In this document: positions 24,224 to 64,000 of the stretch, piece by piece | Position numbering within the stretch: position 1 is the stretch's first letter | Layout of the letters: every line of letters begins with the position of its first letter | From: Octopus bimaculoides | Lineage: Eukaryota | Direction: 5' to 3' | NCBI RefSeq assembly: GCF_001194135.2 | Contig: NC_068981.1 | Coordinates: forward strand, 58,328,418 to 58,392,417 | Length of the DNA stretch: 64,000 nt | Program-made: the position numbers and the translations under genes | Notes under the pieces: generated by a model | The model's input: the letters and a program-made list of their open reading frames with translations, nothing else | The model's database searches: none | What the model was told of the DNA's origin: nothing

Positions 24224-27200
24224 NNNNNNNNNNACACATACATACATACATACAAATACATAGATATATATGTATACAGCCACACACATGTATGTATACA
24301 AAATATATAATTAAACATGTTTAAATATGTACATATATATTCATACATGTGTGTATGCATGTGGCATATGTCTAGCTATGAAAGATGAAAATGAAAAATA
24401 CATAAAAATCCCATTTTTTTCTGCAGTAAACAGGTAAAATTATAAATTCAGTCTAATAAGCAGAATGTGGATCTTTCAATTATAAAAGACAAATATGTAA
24501 ACAAAGATGTTATACAAATTATACTTGAAGTAGGAATTACAAAAATGGTTCTTGATGCATCTTTTAAAACAGAGATCCTATGAAATCTATCAACAAAATG
24601 CCAACTAAATACAAATGAACTTCAGATCTCAAGGACAAAAATGCAAAATACAATTTTAAAAATTCTTTACTTGATCTAACTGTATCTAATTAAATGCCAC
24701 ACTGAAATTAAAATATGAATGAATAAATAGACCATCAAAAAGGAAATTGTGTACAAGTCTCTTACCTGAAAAATCTATTAATATCCATACTTCGATTATT
24801 TCACAAATGAAGTCCATTTTTTAAAATTTCCCTATCTATCCTAAGCGATGGTGACAAAAAAAAGGAGGAGACGATTTTTTTTTTAAAGGCAAAGAAGGAA
24901 ATATTATCAAGAAAAGGATCTTTAAGTGAGATATTTGAAGCTATAAAAATATATTCAGTTAGCATACTAAGTATATTAAAGAGGAAGTTTAATAAATTAT
25001 CAAATAGATATAAAATATAAACTGAGTCTCAAATTATAAAAAAAGGTTTCTCAAATTATAAAAAAAGGTTTCTTTTTTTTGCCTTAGAAAATCTTTTAAA
25101 AATTCCAAGATGATATCAAATAAATTTCTTTAAACTAAAACATTAGTTTTAGTTTAACCAAAAAGTCTGCAGACTAAACGTTGCTATATTTACAAACCCT
25201 TTTTAAAAAGCAAATGACTCAGTCTTCAGTGAAAAATTACACCACATCCTCTAGAATATATTTCTATATTTCCTATATCAGATATGGAAACCGAGTGTGA
25301 TCTGAAAAATATATTTCATTCCAGGGATAAATAATGAATATAATTAATGAGAATAATATATCAATTAATTTTAATGCAAGTATCTAAAATCATATTTAAT
25401 TACTGGTTTAGGGAGAATACCATGCAAGTCTGTAACGAAATAAGGAATTTAATTTGACAGCTTCGAAACTATATCCCATAATCTAACCTGTTTCATAAAA
25501 ACCTCATACTATTTGATTTCTTGACATTATGTATTTGGATTTATCTAATTTAGCAACCAGAGCCTTTAAGTAACAAGACAAAATGATTCTCTAATAAGAA
25601 TGAATTCAAAAGAATCAAACAAAATGAGATTAATTTTGTTTAAAACAATACAAGCCTTAAATCTAATTAAGAATAGTTTACAGTAACAGTAAATCAAATT
25701 GTCCTAACAGTAAACTAAAACAAAAATTTTTTTAATTAAATCTTCGATCAAGAGAATTGTAAAGCATGTTCATTTGGCATATAGATGATTACAACTCCTG
25801 TCTCCAAATTTTTTTTTTTAAATGACAACTTTTACTTTAACAATCATGTACACAAAAAGTAACTTCAACAGAAATCAAAGAAAAAAAATATCAAGTTTTA
25901 ACAAAATATACATAACAGTTTAACAAAAATATTTAGATACAAGTTCGAAATACATACATAATATACACATAAATTAGCCATGAATGTGTCAAAAGCATAG
26001 TAAGTAGTGAGCAAAATCAGGTGATTTTAGGTTTTACTAATGTTGAAAATGTTTCAGGAAAAGATATTCAGAGTTAACATTTTGTGTTTTTTTTTTTTTT
26101 CATTTATTTTATTTTCCCAAGATACAAAGTGTATCCAAGAAGCATGATCTTGTATATTTTAGTTTCCAGTTTTCATTATTTTTAACTTTTTTGTAAATAT
26201 TAAATTTAAAATATATTTAAAACTATTTACAGTTTACTTTTTCTAATTTTAGAGTGTTTTTAAAACAATTAACGAGATAAAAAATGATTTTGGGTAATGT
26301 ATGGATGAGTGAATTTAACAAAACTCTAACAGAAGACGGAAACTAAAAGAAATCATCATGTGAAGAAATCTACAAAATAAGGTCAAGAACCAAATTATAC
26401 ATTTATTGTGCTTAATGTCCTATCAGTTTACAGGTTTTTCTAAATTTAAAAAGTGAAGGAGGATATCTATTTACAATTTTACTTACAATAACATTTAAAT
26501 ATAAGAAAGAAAAAAAGAAATTCCATTGAATATGCTCTTGCTAATATCTAAAGTAGTCAGCCCATTAAATAGATATTTCTCACTATTTTTGTCATGAAAA
26601 AGAATACATATATAAATCTAGTGATAACTAATTATGCATATAGATAGGGAGTATTAAAATATATAAAATAACAAATATAGATTCCTGGTTTGAAACTTCA
26701 TTTTCCACAATTTCCTTATATACATATGATATTACATTTAAATTTCAGAATCAGAGAAAAAGTGGATGAAAACATTATCCATAGAAGACAGATTGTTACA
26801 TTATTCTAATTAGAAAATGCATTAATTTGAAAGGCCCTCTCTAAGTCCTCAAAAATCCTAAACCAACTTTTACATTTCTAAAAGACTACTTACTTAGCAT
26901 GATTACCCAATTCCAATTTTTTATGTTTTCTTTATTCTCCCCACCCAAATCTAAAATCAAATCACTTATATATTGGAATGATCTTGTATTCAGTGAAAGG
27001 CAAAGAGATAATTTTCTTTGTAAACAATATCTCCCAACTCCTTAAAATACATAACTAAAGTATGAAGGGGCTTTACTAATGAACAGAGAATGCATGTGTT
27101 CAGACACACTGGGGTGCCCACACTCTTACGCACATACACACACACATACAAATTTTACTTCATATATTTATATATAAAAAAAATTCATGGAATGTCTAAA

Positions 27201-27737
27201 CAATTTCAACTCCTCAACAGCATGGCACTTGGCTGGGTTCAGTTTCCATTAAAACCTAGCAGAAATCCTGTTTTTATTGAGGATATCTGACAGGTCTATA
27301 AGATTGGAGAGGGAGAAGAAAACAAAGGGGAGAAATATAAGATTGAGATTCAGTAATTTTCATAGTGGAGAAAAAGTATATTTTTTTAAAGATTTTTTCT
27401 TTCTCATTTTTTTTTTTAATACTTGTAAATAAAGAAAAACTAGAAAAATTGAGCAGCTACAGATGCTCTCTTGCTGTTACACTTCTAGTGAAAGTATTTT
27501 ACATAAGCTATTTTACAAATTTTGAAGTATGTGTGTATATGTATGTCTGTCTGTCTGTATATATTATATACACACACGTATTTACATATATATATATATA
27601 TACATGCACACACATGAACACATGCATATGTGCATGTATACACACAAGTACATATGTATACATGTTATATATATATACACACACACATGCATATATCTGT
27701 ATATGTAAGTTGTATGTATACATATACACACATTTAT

Positions 27738-27802
<65 letters not shown>

Positions 27803-28151
27803 TATATACACATTTTTTTGATATTCAACTGAGATCTCAACTAATATTACTTTTATTTGGAGGGGATTTTTTTGGGGTTTTTGGAGGTGTTTTTATCTTT
27901 TTAAAAATCATTTTACATTTTCCTTTTTTTTTTATTTAATTTTTTCTTGTTTACCTTCAACCAATCAAGTACTGGAAACATTCTTTTTTTTTTTTTCCGA
28001 TTCGGAATAATTATCTTAATTATTACATGCTTTGTATCAAAACAAAGCAGAAATGGTATGAAACCATTAAATACTGGCTGAGTTGATAGGTCAAAACACC
28101 AGCAATGTATATGAACAACCATGGGCTAAACCCAAGTTATCCTGAGAAAGA
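22330..28151 (-). other. Putative long 3'UTR of TENT4
   Basis: Directly downstream of the stop; U-rich on the sense strand; I recognised only microsatellites and no LINE/SINE/DNA transposon here, unlike the introns; several AATAAA on the minus strand (e.g. 27273-27278, 22377-22382). True end unknown. Confidence 0.45.
27525..27810. repeat. Compound (TA)/(CA) microsatellite in the putative TENT4 3'UTR
   Basis: Direct reading. Confidence 0.97.
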
Positions 28152-56196
<28,045 letters not shown>

Positions 56197-58469
56197 TTAC
56201 ATGTGACTTGACTCATCATCAAAACAGTAGAAGCTTCCATTGTAATTGTTTTATTGACTTCAAAATTAAAACTAGTTATTTAGAGGAGTTTTGAACCTGA
56301 AAATACATCTCCTTGCTGAGCCATCCATTCTACAAGAAAATTTCACAGATATCTCCCTCAAATCATATCCAGCCATATCTTTATAAAGTAGGATACACTG
56401 GACAGTGAAGTCATAGATATTCAAAAAGACAGGGTGGTTATGGCTCTTTTTTTTTTTTTTTTTAAATTAAAAAATACTCATTGATGATAAATCAGTAATG
56501 CCTGATAAAACTGCATTTATGAACCTCTTAACATAAATCATAAACAGATCTAGCTTCATGGAAGATTCAAGGCCATTTATAATGGTCTCCTTATAAGTTA
56601 GGGAATATTTGTTAGAAATGTACCAAACAGTTGTATACTTCCAGGAAAGGAGTTAATTTTATGAGCAACTCCTGAGATGAAGAGATTTGAGAGCAATCAC
56701 AGTGTATGATTTAGTAACTTTATTACTAAAAGAGATTTGGCAAAGATAGGCTATTCCTTTGTGTTCAGAGGTAGAAGCAAAATCAGGAAGCAGTAGAGAT
56801 TAATTGAACCCAGGAGAGTTTCTCTCAATAGATTTAATAGCAGATAAACAAACTAGATTATGGATATAATGTGTATTCAAACATGCAGTGTGAACTTGTC
56901 TTAAGGAAAGTATTTATTTATTTACACGTTTTGATTCTTTTGAAATATATATATGAAAGGCATGACAGAAGGTGCTTTGTCAAAATCTGACTGATGCAAG
57001 CAAAAAAAAACAAAAAACAAAAATAATAGTGTGCATGAATAGCTTCCTCCTTACCCAGCACATGATACACAATTTTGTTTTGTAATAAAAATTTGTTTAA
57101 AAATAAATAATTGGAAAAAATTCTACATTGAATCAAATCAATATATATCTTAATAACATTAATTTTAGTTATTTAATTAAACAAAATGTTAACCTTCAAA
57201 ACTTAACCATTTAAAAATTTCCCATAGATAGTAAAATTAAGAATAATTACATGAATAAAAAAACAAATTGAAAATAAATTTACACATTTCACATTACGAT
57301 TTAATATTAGTAGCATATGCAAAAAAATATGTACATAAAAATAGCTGTTTTCAAGCCATACTGTTACAATAGTTCTTAGCTTATATTACCTCATGTGAGT
57401 AGTTGTCATAGGGATAAAAGAAAAACATTACATAGTAAGTAGGTGGTTATATTTCACTCCTATGAGTATGATATCAATGTGTAGAGATAGAGGGTTAGGA
57501 TAAACACATTCCAGAACTAGTAATTAAAGAAGTATTGCCTAAAATGGCCAGTTCATCTAGTAGTCTGAAGGTAGGAAGAACAAGAGTATAAACAGTGGTT
57601 CAGCAACTGGCAGCAGTTAGGTGGGTATAGCTAGACTAAGCATTAGAGAATTTTTCATGATAGAAGTAAATACATATAACAAATAACATAAAAATCATTT
57701 TAGGGGTCACTAGTGGAAATCTAAAAGATTTCAATAAAACACACACACACACTAGGCATTGGCCCAAAGAAAAAATATATAAAAATAATAGAAACATGAT
57801 ATAGGAAAACATATTCTTACAACCTCATTACAACATATGATGTAGTGATTAAACAAGCAGTCACGAAATCAAAATCCACTTTGCCGACAATGCTCTTTAG
57901 ATGGCATTCTATTTAAACTTTTCAACCAGTAAATAGTCAATAGAAACCTTTAGCACAAAAGTAATAAGCTTTCTCTCTTCCTCCTCCACAAAAAAAAAAC
58001 ATTGTAATAGCCAACAAGGAAGCTTCTTACACTGTAACTTGATATGCTAGAGACAGCAGCCAACTCTACCTCAAATCATATCCTACCACCTAAAGAAAGA
58101 AGATGCATTCCTAGAAATATTGCATCTAAAAAAAGATAAAAATAAAATACCCACAACTGGAATGCCTTTGATCAAAGGTCTGTTTGATCATAGTTGACCT
58201 AATACTAAACAACATGGTAAATGCTTGAAAATACACAACTTATTCAGTTTCATTTATTATTCGAAAATCTCAGTAAGCTAAATTAATCTACTGAATCTAT
58301 CTTTTACCAACAAAGATTTTATACATGAAGCTATTAATTATGTATTGCAGGTGAAGGCTTGAAATTACCTAAAACTATACCAACTAGCAGGAAAACTACC
58401 CAAAATGCAGGCTTCGGATGGTCATTATGTTAAGGATATATACATACAGAGATACATATACATTCACAC

Positions 58470-58752
58470 ACACAGGCATAACTATCATTAAGAACACTGC
58501 TTTGCCAGCACGTGGTTTTGGGTATACACACGTGTGTATTTTTGTGTCACCCACCTTATCCTTTGACAACTGATATTAGTTTGTTTACATCCCTGTAACT
58601 TAGCAGTTCAGCAAAAAGACCCAACAGAATAAGTACCAGGCTTTACAAAAAAAAAGGAAAAAAACTAAGTATTGGGGTCAATCTGTTCAAATAAAATTCT
58701 TTAAGGTGCTACTCCAGCATAGCCACAGTCTGTGACTAAAACAAGGTAAAAA
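58470..58752 (+). mobile_element. tRNA-derived SINE, family A (deleted)
   Basis: cttagcagttcagcaaaaagac...ccagcatagccacagtc. Confidence 0.8.
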
Positions 58753-59453
58753 GACCTATATACATGCATTCATGTGTGTGTGTGCATGCATATAGCTGGG
58801 GCTACAGGTTAAACTTACTGGTACTTTCCATAATTTCAAAGAGTGGTGTGCGTGTGTAGGAGTATTTATCTCAAATTATATTATGGTTGTTGTTAAATAG
58901 TTCCAAATCAGTTATGGCTGAAAAACCAATGCAAAGCAATCTAGTTGTACCTAGCTTATTTGTAACTGTTCAATATAGCCTATATTTAAGAGTGTGACTT
59001 GTGAGAGTTCGACTATTATTTTCAGCAGGTTGAGTGACAACCGAGTTGTGCATGTTTACTAAATTCTGCTATGTCTAATGCTTTTAAAAGTACTTCGTGC
59101 TAAAAAGTTTTTGCAAAAAAACAGTGTTTCCAAAAAAAAGCTCCAAAACATCTGTTCTATTATGTCAATATATAGATGTCAGCAAATTTAAAACATGTAT
59201 AAGTGTAAAATTATATAAAACCTCTATCATTAATTACTTTTTAATTAAGAATGAGATTTTTCTTCAATTTGTTATTCGACATTTTCTTCTGAATTAGTAA
59301 ATGTGTGTATGTGTGCTTTTCTTTCTTCATTTGCAGTCAGTTATTGCAACTATGACAGTTCATTGCTATGGCATGACTTGATAAGTTTTATCCATACTAG
59401 GAAAAGATAAACTTACTAGGAAATGGATGCATGGCATTCAATTAAATAATAAT

Positions 59454-59492
<39 letters not shown>

Positions 59493-59539
59493 CAGGACAT
59501 CAACTGCGTAAACAACATGAAGTATGGAAACAAACAAGT

Positions 59540-61200
59540 TAAATACGCAAACAATGAGAGAGAAATGGAAATCAGAGCAAGTAACACAGAGAATGATCCT
59601 TCATCAGTTGTCGGCTGTCTGCCATTTACTCTGATCAATTCCATTCCACTTCATATTCCTTTTTGCAGCATCTTTGAATCTCAGTCTAGGTCTTCTACAG
59701 TTTCTTTTCCCTTTGCATAGTTGGGAGTAAAGAAGTTGTCTGGGGAAGCTGTCGTTGTCCATCCTGTGTACATATCTCAGCCAAAGTAAATTTCCATCAA
59801 CAAGAATTTCAATCACATCACATAGGAGGATCTCTTCATACCTGGTCTTATTAAACAGAGTGATATTCATAATTTGTCACAGCTGTCTCATCATATATAC
59901 ATGCAACTTGAGTTTTATAGTCTGTCCAGATTTCAGCTCCATACAGCAGAGGAGAAAGCACTACAGCCTGGTATACCTTACAGTTAATTTGTATAGAACC
60001 TGACTATTTTTCCACAGCCTCTCCTGTATCCTGCCAAATGAAGCACTAGCTTAGCTCACTCTGTATGCATTAGCTGAGATGGTGCTGCCTAGTGCTTGAA
60101 TGCTTTGCACTGGACCAGCCCTTCATGTCTAATAGTGATGTTTTCTCCCAATACAGAGATAGGTAGGTAGGTTTTCCACAGGTTGGTACAGGTATTTGGT
60201 TTTTCTGATGTTAATCTTTAAGCTGAATTGCTGTGCAGCTCTGGTAAAGCTATCTACAAATTTCTGCATATTTTCAGCACTGGCAACCAGTACACTATCA
60301 TCAGTGAACAGCATCTCTCATACAAGTATTTCATAGTGCATGTCTTTGCTTTATACTGTGCAACATTGAACAGACCAGTATTATGCTGTGTCTAGATGTA
60401 AATCCTACCGCCTCCAACTCATACAAAGGCAACTTTCAACATTGCTGTGAAATTGAGGGAGAACAGTGCTGGAGCAAATACACACCCTTGATTAATTCCA
60501 TTTGTCATCACAAACTCGTGTGAGGCATTACTATCTACATGCCAGCATTCCTTCATTTAGGGACCTGACCAAGTAGATGAACCTTCAAGAACATCAATAT
60601 TTAAGAAACCACCGGAAGTCCACAATGGGGAACTGTGTTGAAAGCCTCTGTGAAGCCTAATAACACTGCAAACATAGACATGTTCAGCTGACTGCATTTT
60701 TCCTGAATTTGGGAAAGACAGAAGATTATGTCCACAGTACTTCTACTGCCTGGGAAACCACACTGAGTCTCAAGTAAGACATTTGGACAAATATATTCAT
60801 TTAGGCTGTATAATAAAATATGAGCCAAGATCTTCTCGGCTATTGATAGAAGAGAGATACCTCAATAGTTTCCATAGCTCACACTACTACCCATTTTCAA
60901 GACAGTATCAATGCTGCCATCTTTTCAGTCTTCTGGAACCATTTCCATCTCCCAGAACTGGAGCATAATGCTATACAGGCTATCAATAAGCTTCAGACCT
61001 CCATACTTCCAGATTTCAGTTGGTATGCCAGCTCTGCAAGGTGCTTTCATTTGTTTGACTGCATTATTGAATTCTTTGTAAAAAAGTTTGTCATCTAAGA
61101 ATCAGATGGTTGGCTGCTGTGCAATCTTCTCAAGAGCAGTATAATTCACAACACCCATAACTTAACAGCTCAGCAAAAAAACCCATAGAATAAATACCAG
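59540..61200 (-). mobile_element. Decayed RTE-BovB-like LINE
   Basis: ETQCGFPGSRSTVDIIFCLSQIQEKC, LFTDDSVL, VHRMDNDSFPRQLLYSQLCKGKRNCRRPRLRFKD. Confidence 0.85.
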
Positions 61201-62548
61201 GGTTGTGCAGACTTTTAAGCTAGCTCCTCGGAGGTCTAATTGGGCCTGTGGCCCCAAACTAATGAGAGCTAAATAGCATGACCATAATAAATCTATAATG
61301 ACTATACGTCCCGGTGGTGTTTGATCAGAGGTTAAGGACAAATGAGAAATAATTCTGTAATGCAATCATTCTTTGTTTCAGTCCCAAGTGGAATTCCAAC
61401 TGTTGGTCAATTTGTCCCAAAGTTCTTATCTCAATGGTAAATTAATGAAGTGAATGTCATTTATCTTCCCCTTCATCTCTGACATCGCTAAGCTTTTCCT
61501 GCTAGGAATAGCAACCAAAATGCTTTTAAATCAGATCCCAATGCTGTATGTTTGAGAACCAAATGAACGGCAGATTTTCACTTCCAGGGTCGTCCTAATT
61601 CCAAAAAGGTATAATATGTCTATGCAGAGCAAATGTAGGCTGAGATACATGGGTCCCAGTCAGACAGAATTTCGTTTTTATTATATATATATATATATAT
61701 NNNNNNNNNNCATTAAAAGTCAGTTTCAATCTTGCTTGCTTGTAACGTTAATCAGTGAAACTGGTGCATAATGGGGAAAATAACATTAAATTTACCCTGA
61801 AATGTTAATACGAACCAAATGAAACAACTTTCGCGTAAATTGCTAGTTTTCAAGATAGATTTTCAGGGTATAAATACCCAAAATGGTGCATGATGGGGAA
61901 AATGTTACAAAAATAATGTTCATCCTCAAAGGGAATAAAACTTTTTTTTTTTTCAATTTCTATTTTTGCTTTTATCAAACAATATTTTAATCATTTAGAA
62001 ATATTTTTAAGTGAATGTGATTTCAAAAATGTAAGATGTTTGGATAGTAAGTATTTATATTTTAGCTTTCTTTAAACAGACAATATTTAAATGCATTTTT
62101 AAATTATTTTCAAGTGAATATCATTACAAAAATTTTTGGCATATTTAAAAAATATTTTAAAGTGAAAATGACTTTAAAAATATGGTAAATATTTCATAAA
62201 AGACCCATTCGTAACCTCAGTGTGAAATAATGTTTTTCCATTGGTTTTTGCAAGTGCATTCAACATATCTCACCTCCAAAGAATTGGCTGTTATTTCTAG
62301 CACTCCCTGCTATCACATAACAGTTATTTGCAATAAAGGACCTGAAATACCTGTTACACGGTAGCAGAGCATGCTAGAAATAGCAACCAAATCTTTCCTT
62401 TTCTGGGGAAAGGAGCCGTTTATGCATGATTTCGATGTCACATTTGTTGAAAGCATCGAAATAACCTGGAAAAGAAAACAACCCACAGAACAAAACTCTT
62501 GCTGTGAAACTTAGACTTTCTCGGTGACCCAAGGGGTCACAGGTGGTG

Positions 62549-62587
<39 letters not shown>

Positions 62588-64000
62588 CACACTTAGACAT
62601 ATATATAATTACCGGTAATAGCAAAGTTATACAGGTAAGTGGAGGAATTAAAACATTATTTCAGTGGTAATTTATTTTAAAAAAGTATGGCCTAGGCTCG
62701 GATGCATCCTATGCACTCGTACATCTTATAGGCCATCAAACACAGTATATAAACAAACACAATCATCATCATTAATATATTGTAATAATTTTTTCACGTG
62801 AAAAGAGAAACTGTTAGTGCAATCTAGTCAAATAAGAAAAGAGACTGGTTGCAAAAAGTACTTTGTGAAAAATAATGTTACACACTTCTCATTGGGCGTA
62901 CAGTAAATTTCACAGGAATATTTAATGCTTCTATTCTAAGAAAGCTAAACTCATATGATCTCAATATTCAAATAATTAAGTCAGCCTAAATATATTGATA
63001 GTTCAAGTTTCCAGTTATGGCTTTAAACACAGTCCATAAAATTCTACGTATTGAAAAGAACTGATAAAGTGCTGATATTCTTATTTGAAGAGAATACTTC
63101 ATTAATGTGTGATTAATATCAATCAAGCTACATAAAGAGCAAATGATGTAACTTGGTCACAATTAATAGTAAGTACTGTTTAAGCATATATACTAATTAT
63201 AGTTTAATGTATAAAAATTACATTACCATTAGGTTCAATCACTTTTTGACTTGAAATGTCAACTTACAGATGTTCAACATGAACATAAAATGTATTAAGC
63301 CCAACCAGTCAAAGAGCTAAACCACAAAAAAACAAAAATTTCAAATTTCAGGGCAAATACTTTTTAAATGTATTTCATGATGATGAAAAGTCATTTGGGG
63401 CAGACACTTTGTGTTAGGAAGGTAGATTTCATAAACATAACTGTGGATACAAATGAGACTACACTAGAGTAAATTTGTTGCTGTGAAGGATAAGAGAGAG
63501 AGTGAGTAGCAGTATGAACTTTTCTTCAATATTGATACTGCTAGTAAAGCTTTTCAAATTAAGACAGGTGAATATGATAATACCACAAAATTGATAAAGA
63601 TGCAACAGGAAAGAAACCAAAAAGCATGGCATACATTGAAGAGTGTCAAGAACATGTGTGTTGAACATTTGATTTCCTTTTGTTCATTTGCAAATATTTC
63701 ATTTGTCACTTGGCCTAACTGGGTACTGTCTACGAATTTCATACTACATTATTTAAACAACATTGTACAACTTACTAAGAAGTAGCTTAATGAATTTCCA
63801 GATTTATGATTTGATTAGCTTGTGTTCCCTCAAACAAAATTTTTAAGAATTATTTTTAATAGCCCTGAGCCAACCAAGGTCTTGTGAGTAGATATGATAA
63901 ACAGGAACTGAAAGAAGCCTACCGTGTGTGTGTGTGTGTGTGTGTCTTTATGTTTGTGCCCCACCAGTATTTGACAACCACTGTTGGTTTGTTTACATCC

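Noticed and set aside
62430-62545. Short palindromes ATTTCGATG...CATCGAAAT and GTGACCC-aag-GGGTCAC
   Set aside because: No ribozyme core or Helitron CTAG terminus in the right position; probably repeat remnants.

Overview
AT-rich, microsatellite- and transposon-dense animal genomic DNA with several N gaps. The repeat families (RTE LINE 3' ends with (GAT)n tails, tRNA-derived SINEs) look like those I recall from octopus; that species assignment is inference. The main gene is a minus-strand TENT4/PAPD5 (Trf4-like) non-canonical poly(A) polymerase. I reconstructed ten coding exons by hand between 56089 and the TGA stop at 28152. All introns are GT-AG and phase-compatible, giving 1621 coding nt. 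The GS/DxD/D catalytic motifs and the C-terminal basic tail are intact, and exon 1 lies beyond the window. A TE-free ~5.7 kb stretch below the stop may be a long 3'UTR. The left part holds three weaker items: a candidate 3-exon tail of an unidentified plus-strand gene (1398-3362), an orphan CpG-rich promoter beside a gap (10342-10700), and a nest of mobile elements (mariner, Helitron with an internal tandem duplication, CRE-clade LINE). The most notable observations are a Penelope-type hammerhead ribozyme motif closed by a 39-bp inverted repeat (15394-15537), two locally templated inverted insertions (8108-8228; 43216-45011), in-frame tandem splice acceptors, and intronic inverted repeats able to form dsRNA around catalytic exons. 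No clearly new multi-gene system is supported by the sequence.
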